20,379 bases of DNA from positions 3,392,653 to 3,413,031 of the forward strand of contig NC_057756.1 of assembly GCF_004010195.1 (NCBI RefSeq), in the 5' to 3' direction. The translations under genes were made by a program, and so were the position numbers. Under the pieces are notes generated by a model. That model was not told where the DNA came from. It saw nothing but the letters and a program-made list of their open reading frames with translations, and made no database searches. The stretch is from Chiloscyllium plagiosum. Lineage: Eukaryota. Positions 11,550 to 20,379 of the stretch are shown in pieces; position 1 is the stretch's first letter, and every line of letters starts with the position of its first letter.

Positions 11550-11910
11550 TTCGCAGGGTATGACAATGGAAATAGTGGGTGCATTGGTAGTCATCATCTA
11601 ATTTTCTCCAGACTCTGTGGCACTTCCTAAAGTTTGGATCGTAGGAAAGTAAGTCGCCCATTTAAAAGCAAGCATATATGATAGGTGGTGGAGAGGACAC
11701 TGTGAATGACAGTTCTGCCAGTCTTATGTTATTTTTGAACAAATCGGGGGGTGTCTGTCATAAAATAATTGGTAGCTGAGCACTTTGAAAAAAAAATACA
11801 GTGGGAGAACCAGATGGAGTCTGTTGGATTTTTGGAAAGGGAAATCAAGTTCAACAAATCAGCTGAATTTCAGTGATCATATTGACGCATATACTTCATG
11901 ACTTGAGGAA
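11550..11910 (+). mobile_element. CR1 reverse-transcriptase N-terminal fragment
   Basis: MEIVGALVVII, then decayed 'DSVALPKVWIVG..PFK' and 'ggatttttggaaagggaaatcaagttcaacaaatcagctgaattt' (GFxKGKSCLTNLLEF motif). Confidence 0.75.
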
Positions 11911-14749
11911 GTATTTCCATTCCAGGTAAAATTTCATACTCTCATAATAGCAGTGGTGTTTCAATTTATCTTGAGATGAAATGTGGGATTAGAAGACCGC
12001 CAATAGTTGTATTAATATATGTTGCATGTCATAGTACTATTGGTGCAGGCTTGCTAATCGTAGCAGAGGTTAAACTCAAGTGTTCTGATAAATAAGGGAA
12101 AGAAAAAAAAATCATTCCCCAATCGGAAGTGGGGCAAACCTCTGGAAACTTAATAATGTTGAATAATTAACAGTACCCTTCTTATCAGCAACTAAATCAA
12201 AACTCCCCATCAACATTGTCAAACAAATCGAATCTGGCACACTGGAATACCAAGTTTTTTAGCCACCATGGATAACTTTCTGCAGAAACATGCACACTTA
12301 CCCCAGCTTCCTCTTGGCAGTACCTGCCAAATCAACGAATCAAATCATTCCCAACTCACACTGCCAACGAAAGGGCACACACCTGAGTTGCTCAATTGAC
12401 TGAGTAAAAAGCAGTAAGCGCTGTGGTGAAAATATCCATAACATAGCTCAGACTGATGCAGGCCTTCACATTTTGGCAACGAAAAAGATTTGGCAGTATG
12501 AAAAAAGTCATTGCATTTGCGAACAAATAATGAAACTGTCCATTTGGAAATGCATGGCTCCCAGTATTTCCGAATGCAATGTAGCATTATAATAATTATG
12601 ACATTGCCACCACTTTCAAAATGCATCCAATTAGACACTAATCAAAGGAAAAATAATAATTAGTTCATTTTCTGAAATATCACTTTTAACATCCTATGCT
12701 GCTACTATGACATTTTTCAAATTCCAAGTTTGATAAATTGTCTCAAATCAGACCGCTTCCTTTTCTGTAGGTCTGGACAATGTTCCTTATGCTTATCTGT
12801 CTGAATAATGCACGTCATAAGGAATATGCCCATGTGCTGGCAAGTCTGATCCTTTCTTTTGAATTTGATGACCTGGCTCTCCATTCGTTGAGAAAGTTAG
12901 ATATTATTTAGATAAAAAAAAACACTCGACTTATTTTTTGCAATCACAATCCAACTAATTGTCAAGGAATCAAAGGGGCATTTAGTTTTGTCTGTAGTTT
13001 TCTCTACAACTTAACGAACGATCATGATATGGATGTGTTTGCAAGTGTAAACGCTAAGAAAATAATAAGCTCAATAAGGGGCTAACTCTATCATTTCAAA
13101 CGTTCTATTAACGCTGCTCTACTTGTGAGGAATGTTGCATGACTATCGATCTTCTTATCGTTGTATGAAAGCCGGAATTGCCTTCGTTATATTTCTGTGA
13201 AATGTCTTTTTTTTATTAAATATGTCTCTTGTTAGCCTTATGTCATGATGTAAGTGTTTGACAATGACGGCGAGAGAGACAGAGCCAAAACATTTCACGA
13301 CTTGCGACATAGACAAAACAGAGGTTTACTCAGATCCGTGCATTCATCGTTTTCGTGCATATCAATCGAATTTACAATGCAAAACCTGGTGTGCAAAAAT
13401 ACGTTAGTGCATGGTCACAAGGACATACAGATGAATATTTACACCAAATATATGTTCAAATACGTCTGCCAAAATTTTGTCCCTTTTCTGGTAATCCTGT
13501 GAAGCGTTCTAACCAGAGGAATCGTTCAGCTATCATTCTTCAATTAACCAAATCAGTGTTAATTTTCAGAAATGCAAAAAGTGGAGGTACTCTCAACTTC
13601 TACACAGCGTAAAACTTCAATAATAAGCGGAGCTTTTGGATTTCAAGCAGCAATTCAAGTTTCAATAAATATTGAAAAATGAAGCTACTTCTTTGAAGCA
13701 ATGAGTTCCTCTCTTCATTTGAGTGAGTTACCTGTCTCGATGACAAAGTTAGTATTGAAAAAGCTGGAGAGGAAGAACAATACAGCAAACAGCATAAGGC
13801 TGAAATCAAGAAATGTCTGAATTGATAATGTATAGCAAACATGCCGTTCCTTAAAGTGAATTCGAGAAATAAAATGAGACACATTCTTTTCCAAGTCACG
13901 TGCTTATAAGTCACGAAATTGTCAATAAATCTGTAAGCTGGTTTCTGGTCAGTTCTGCCTTGACACTTTCACACATTTATTTTGGCACGTACTTCTCTAA
14001 ATAGACTGCTTTGGAGCTATGGATGAGAAACAAAGAACTGCATCTTTTTTCTGGTTAATATATCGGAAAGCTTCCAATGAACTAACAGATTTTTTGGATT
14101 GCAGTCGTTATTTCAAGTACCAGTCGATTATTGAACCATCATAAATCATTATTTTCACTAGCAAATAAACAATTTATACAGAGTCTAACACTTATTTTCC
14201 AACCAGTAAGGACGGAGTTAAATCGTTAGCGACAATAAAAGAACTTTTAGGTTCTGGATAAATTGTTTCAGCAATTATCACTTTGCATTTTCCATATTGC
14301 ACCTGAAATCCGTTGGCTTTGGTTCAGGAGGATGCAATACTTGCCTTCTCTTCAAAAGTTGCTAAACGTTATCAAACATTTCGGTATCTAGACGTTAATG
14401 ATTGTGGTGTGATTAAAGTTTGAGTAATTCTGTAGGAGAGATTAGAAGTTAAAATTACTCCAAATCTAACAGCACAACAGAAATTGAAAACATAAAACAG
14501 ACGAATGATACACGATAGGCAGTAACACAAAAAATAGCAGAATGACTTTCCGCAACAACAGTGCAATGTTTAAAAAAACAGTGTTTAATAATAGATTCCT
14601 GTGTTCCAAGTTCTTGTAAAAGTAAATTAGGGAGGAGTTGCTTGTTTGATCTTACTTACTATTTAATCAAAGGAAACTTGTGTGCAAATGTAGTATTCTT
14701 TACTGCTCTCTCATTCAAAAATCAAGTCAGGAAACTAAACAATGAACAT

Positions 14750-15065
14750 TGACCCCTGGTTAACATGGTAGCCCACAAATCAACTACCAGAATACCACAG
14801 CTACTAACAAGAATAAAGGCTCCCATACACACAAACAACACAACCAACATTATATACACAATACCATGTCAAGACTGTCGAAAGCAGTACGTCGGGGACT
14901 CAGAAAGAAAATTAGACACCAGGGTACACAAACACCATTTCGATACCGAGGAACAGCACTTATAACCATACACAAGCACAATGAGTGACACTAATTCGTC
15001 TGGGACAACGTGTCCGTCCTTTGACAAGAAAAAGAGACATGCATGGGAATTCCTGGAAGCCTAGA
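14750..15065 (+). mobile_element. Penelope-like (third family) GIY-YIG endonuclease fragment
   Basis: ORF 14765..14965 VAHKSTT...TNIIYTIPCQDCRKQYVGDSERKLDTRVHKH matches the N(V/I)IYxIxCxxC..Y(I/V)GxTxR.L..R..EH pattern. Later 'WDNVSV...WEFLEA'. Confidence 0.85.
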
Positions 15066-15339
15066 TTAAGCATTTATAAAAAAAATAATACCCTGTTTGC
15101 TTCGAAGCAGTGCCTTCTAAACCTGTTGTATTAAATATCAGCAGAGGACAACAATAAATACATGTAGTGTCATTACTAATTGGAAGCCTTAACTGGAGAA
15201 GAACTGGACTTAAGGGATGGAGTTTATGGTGTGTATACTATTTTAGATAGATTGTGTTCCTCGGCTTATCTATGGAAAGATTCCTAGTGCAGATTGTATT
15301 GCACCTGTTTTCATGTTTCGAGGCTTTTCAGGAATTGTA

Positions 15340-17320
15340 ACAGGGCCAACTCTGGATTAAGTTTACACCACTACAGACACTTTCGAGAGGAAATTCTCTG
15401 AATCCTTATTAATCATGGAAATAACCTCAACCATGACATACTCAAAAGAGTGCTGCCAAAATACCATCTACAGATGCCTTGCCCCACCAGAGAAATTAAC
15501 GTCCTGGACTATTGTTACACTACGAATAAACATGCCCACCGCTTCACTCCCTGTCCAAAGACGACAGCGCTGTGTTTCTCTTCTCATCTTCCAAGCAAAA
15601 GCTGAAAGGAGAGTATTCTTCACAGGAAGAAGTGCAATGCTGGTCCAAGCCACCGGATGAGCATCTCTTGGAAACACTGGAATCAGTGGATTCGACCATA
15701 TTAAATACTCAGAAGAAAACATAGACGACTGTGCCGCCACCGTCACGGACTTCATCAGTAAATATGTGGAAGACTGTGTGCCCTAAAGGTGGCAGCACTG
15801 TACTACGTACGAGGCCCAAACCAATCGTGAAGATACTCGCCACCCATGACAAGGCCGAAACAACATAATAGAATACGAAATGAAGCAATAAAGGTAATCG
15901 ATAATGACATATCCATTCCTGATTTAATCAATGTGGGTAGAACAAAATGGCAAAGGTGTGGTGTCATCTGCCCGACAGCCTGGAAACGTCTGTTATAACT
16001 GCCACCACACAGACATCTGTTCAGTCTTTCTGAGAATCAACACAATGAAAGCCACGGGTTGGCACAGAGTTCCTGGCCGTGTTTTGATATCCTGTGTGTA
16101 CCACATCGCGGAGATATTCACCAAAATCTTCAAACTCTCTTCGCTACAAGCCATCAACCCGAAATGCTTCAAGAAATTCCCTACCATCTCATTACGTAAG
16201 AAACCACATGCAAAATGGCTGAAGAAAATCGCACAGTGGCTCCGACGTCCATAATGATGCAATGCTTCGAGAGGCTTGCCATGGACCACTTCACCTTCAT
16301 TAATCCTCTACAATTTGCCTACCAACGTAACAGGTCTACAGTGGATACCAATTACCTCACCCTGCAATCATCTTTGGCACACTTGGGCAACAAAGGCGCC
16401 TATGTCAGACTGCTTCTGCTCATCAATTACAGCTCCACTTTCATTATAATTATCATGTAACGATTGATATCATATCTGCAAGACCAGAGGTCTGCAACTG
16501 GCTCCTCAGCTTTCTGACTCGTAGACTGCATTCAGTGAAGGTAGACAACGGCACTTCCTCCATGATAACACTCAAACCTGTAACCATCAGCATTCTCAGA
16601 TGCATTGTGAACTCACTACTACACTCCCTGTACACCCGTAAATGTGTAGCCAAATTTCAAAGGAAGATGATCTACAAGTTTTATGTCGGCAACAGTGTGG
16701 TCGGATGGACAGCAAACAAAGAGAAAAGATTCAGAATACAGAAAAGAGATAGACGGTTTGGTGACGTGGTGTAATGATATCAACCTCTTTCTCAATATAA
16801 GTAAAACGAAAAAGTCATTATTAACTTCAGAAATAAACGACAAGAACACGCCCTCATCCACATCAATAAAATGGAGATTCACAGTATCTGCAGCGTCAAG
16901 TTCAGAGGAGTCACGATAAAAGAAAACTCTTTCTAGACTTCCCACGAGGATGTGACAGTCAAGACAGAACAACTGCACCTCTTCCCCTTTAGGCAGTCCT
17001 GGAAATTTGGCATTTTTATGAGGATCATTCAGAACTTCACAGAGACAGCATAAAAATCACACTATCGTAGGTTATAACGTTCTGGTTCGGCAACCGCTCT
17101 GCCCACAACCATAGGAAACTACAGAATGGTGTGTGCACAGCCCAGGCCATCCCAGAAAGTGACCTTCCATCCATTGAAACTGTATACAACTGTTGTTGCT
17201 GCGAAAAGTCTGCTATCGTCATCAAAGACCCATCCCGCCCCGCTAATGCTCTTCAGTAGCCTCTTCCCAACACCTTTTTCCCTGCCATTATTAAATGGAT
17301 GAATTGACTCGTAACTTCAA
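15340..17320 (+). mobile_element. Rex1/Babar-type LINE, 5'-truncated and decayed (APE endonuclease end + RT)
   Basis: LDYCYT (APE), ATTVTDFISKYVEDCVP, KATGWHRVPGRVLISC...EIFTKIFKLS, RTVAPTSIMMQCFERLAM, PLQFAYQRNRST, YVRLLLLINYSSTF, LVTWCNDINLFLNISKTK. Multiple frameshifts. Confidence 0.9.
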
Positions 17321-17890
17321 ATAATGTTGCACTTGTTAATGCTGATCTTGCTTCGTGCACGTCCTGTATCTTACCTCGACCTGTCCAAGTATGTTTTCAC
17401 CCAGTGACATATATGTTCTAGCTTATTCTGATTTTCATGCTTATCAATGCTGTTAGCAGACATGCAAGGGGACTGCTTCATGATTTGAAGCATTTTATTT
17501 TCAAGTTAACCATCGAAGAGCAACTGACTATTGAAAACCAATATAGCATCGCCTCGATACATTGCATGTTTTTAGTAGATATTGGACCTGCAAATGCTTT
17601 ATTTGATTTGTATCAATGAATAAAATGCGTAAAGTTGGTCTGAAAATTGTGTGAATTTCCCTAAATCTGATAATCGCATATTTCTCAAAAGTGCAACCTC
17701 ATGCCTTTACAATTAAGATAATTGTGTGAGTGTCTGACTTAAAACATCTGCTTCTTTAATTTGAAGCATATGATGTGGATTCCATGCCAATATATTTGCA
17801 TGTTTATTTTCATTTGTTGTCTAAGGACTAGAATAGATTTTCATATGCAGTACAATCTGAGCAGACATTTGCCCTTTGTTCACCAAACAG

Positions 17891-17911
17891 AGCTGACCAA
17901 GTGCCAAACAG
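17891..17911 (+). CDS. 21-nt micro-exon 4 (phase 1), ELTKCQT
   Basis: atttgccctttgttcaccaaacAG|AGCTGACCAAGTGCCAAACAG|GTAAGTg. Consensus CAG|GTAAGT donor; shares L-x-K-C-Q with exon 2. Confidence 0.85.
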
Positions 17912-20198
17912 GTAAGTGAGATTTTTTTAAATAGTTCCCTCTGTAATTTGGAAGTTATTATGTTTTGATGTCGTAATTGGCTGCTAAACATGTTACAGTG
18001 GTTCAAGCCATGTGTAACGTAAGCGATGTTATTTCTTATTCATCAGTTTCGATGCCAGTTTACTTTCAAGACATAATTTGAAACAATGCTCTGAACTCCG
18101 CTTTTCTCCACCTTCCAATAATCAATGCTTAATTTTTATTCAATGCTTGCGTGTTTATTTGCATACAATCTAATACTAATGAGTTTCTGTTCTTGTGTTA
18201 TTTTGTGAGGAAAGAGTGTGTTTGTTATTTGAGAATTTCAGTAGGAAAACTATTATTGATGCAAAGATCCATATTTTTTCAGCTAAACATTGCTTAATGC
18301 AACACCGCCTTGGTAGCCAATTAAAAAAAACATTCACGAGAAAAAGAAAAGAAATGCACATACACTTTCATAGAAACTCATGCTTTTGGCCATTCGTTTG
18401 TTTTCAAATAGAGTTTCATTTTATAACATGTTTAAATATATTGAGAAAAACATAAATTTGTTCGTTGGAATCTCTCATTTATCATTTCGCTACCTGTCCA
18501 ATAAAAACTTATCGTTTTAAATGCAAAAGAGATATCTGATCTTCTTAGTTCAGGTCTCAGAATTTCTTCCTCTGAAAGTAAAAGACGTATCAGTGTTTAA
18601 CTGCAATTGTTTGTGTATTGTTGTCTATCATTAATTCTGCTTTGGAAAATGTTTGCCATGGATAAAAAAGAACCTTCGTAAATAATATATACCTAAACCA
18701 ATCATATTGCATTGTATTTTTGGAACATCGTTACAAGTAATACAAAAAGATTGGCAAGTAACCAACCTCAGAATGAATTGAATGAAATAAACATATAGGT
18801 TGTGTCTGGAAATCTGCAGCCGCATGCAATAATCATGTCATCCAAGAAGCCTCTTCGTGATTATCCTTCTCCATCATAAATGGACATGGGAAATCAAAAT
18901 CCAGATGCTTGCTTGCGAATAACTGTTTTATTTTCGAATATTGTAGGTTAGCACTGCAGAGGGCTGAAGTTTTACACTTTTCCCCAGAAAGTAGCACTAT
19001 TTTAAATAAGGTTAAATATTTTCAAAAGCTATGAACTATAATTTTGTTCAATTAAAAATTCATTTCCATTTTTTGGAAAACATGTTTTGTCTTTCATCAA
19101 GTTACCCACCAGTAGGATTTTCAGACACATCCAGAAGTAGGCAAAAAGATAATCCGTTATGTTGAAAGCTTTGCCGTTTATTGCTTTTATCAGCTGCATA
19201 AAATAACACAAGACCTGCAAAAACCGGAGCAGTAAATTAAACAAATAAAGAGAAAGCTAAAAAGAATATTTTTGGGGGATATTTTATTACCCCGGTTAGA
19301 ACATCGTTCCTTGTGAGTAATTTCATGAGTTGGACCTAGAAAGGCCGTTAGTATGTCCAAAATCATGCCTTTTTCGGTCGAAATAGCTTCACAATGACAC
19401 TGTAAAGCAGACTTTGCCTACTCCTGTTGGCATACGTTAATGTATACTCTCCAATAATCAGTTTCTGCTGCGTACATTTGATTTCACCGAACCAAATTAC
19501 CATAAAGCAGACATCTAGCTCAAAAGTAAATTTTGTCTGCTCCTACATTACTAGCACACATCTAATAAATTTACGAGAAGTTAACTATAAAACAGAAACT
19601 TTTCTCCCTCTGGATGTTGCATTCAGAAAGTAACGATCGTTTATTTGTATCTGATTTGGGTTTGAATGAGATTCTCCAAGATATTGCAAATTAGAAGTCA
19701 GAGATTTACGTGGTTAAAATGTTTGATGAGAATGCTGACCAGTCGGAGGTGAATACCAGTTGGAACTATTAACGAAAATGATGAAATTAAATATGTAATG
19801 ACAGGGCAATTTTTGACGGTGTTTTTGCGTTAGGACGTCTCCTTTGCCCGTTTTCTGAGAGAGATTTTGAGCCAGAGAATACGATATATCTTTTTCAAAC
19901 CAATGAATTGAATGCTTGGAATCCTCTGGTTTTTTTTTGAAGTTTGAATAATAAAAGCAACACGACTGAATTGATACAGGTGCTGGCATATCCTGCGTTT
20001 TAGTTTATCTTTCAATTGTTAGGTTTGTGAAGTTCGATGTCGAAATTGTCATATGTCTCTCGCGATCACAAGAGGAAAATAATGCTGGAATTCCCTTTCT
20101 GTTTGCCACATCTTTCTTTTCATATTCTTTCCCCCTGGACTGGCCATCCATATTAATAAAGTTGCCTTCGTCACAGATGGATTGATTGAATGTTACTG

Positions 20199-20379
20199 TT
20201 GAAAATGTGTTGCTGGAAAAGCGCAGCAGGTCAGGCAGCATCCAGGGAACAGGAGAATCGACATTTCGGAATGAGGAAAATTTGTCCAGCAGGCTAAGAT
20301 AAAAGGTAGGGAGGAGGGACTTGGGGGAGGGGCGTCGGAAATGAGATAGGTGGAAAGAGGTCAACGTGAGGGTGATAGG
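20199..20379 (-). mobile_element. Young Penelope-like element 3' end/pLTR (runs off the window)
   Basis: 'gttgctggaaaagcgcagcaggtcaggcagcatccagggaacaggagaatcgacatttcgg' is near-identical to 11407-11467, followed by the purine-rich UTR. Confidence 0.88.

Noticed and set aside
12090..12640. Possible ancient repeat or conserved element
   Set aside because: No motif I could assign with confidence.
13570..13586. ttttcAG|AAATGCAAAAAGTGGAG|GTactc
   Set aside because: 17 nt with a weak donor; does not fit the 21-nt pattern.
4150..16978. ORFs with RT or GIY-YIG motifs as functional genes
   Set aside because: All are short, frameshifted pieces of dead retroelements; the PLE catalytic YIDD is broken.
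1..20379. Prokaryotic-type systems (CRISPR, operons, retrons), tRNA or rRNA genes
   Set aside because: No regularly spaced repeats, no gene-dense coding and no intact cloverleaf; the content is eukaryotic intron and TE sequence.

Overview
AT-rich, repeat-dense vertebrate DNA. The repeats (HE1-type V-SINE, Deu-domain SINE, HER1/CR1 LINEs, Rex-Babar LINE, several Penelope-like elements with hammerhead-ribozyme pseudo-LTRs) point to a cartilaginous fish, probably a carpet shark; this is recognised from memory, not searched. No ORF in the track is a host gene. The unexplained signal is four widely spaced + strand 21-nt micro-exons (2049-2069, 8480-8500, 10401-10421, 17891-17911). Each has a pyrimidine tract + ACAG before it, GTAAG after it, and an invariant CAA codon. 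Spliced, only phase 1 stays open: (D)DAIRQQ-DLVKCQG-DLIRLQG-ELTKCQT, one coiled-coil heptad per exon. That layout is known from the cytoplasmic tails of butyrophilin/ERMAP/MOG and chicken BG genes, so the window is probably intronic within a BTN/BG-like gene; the family call is inference. Also present: an inverted-pLTR Penelope copy, a 125-bp ribozyme-bearing insert with an exact 13-bp target-site duplication, and hammerhead remnants.
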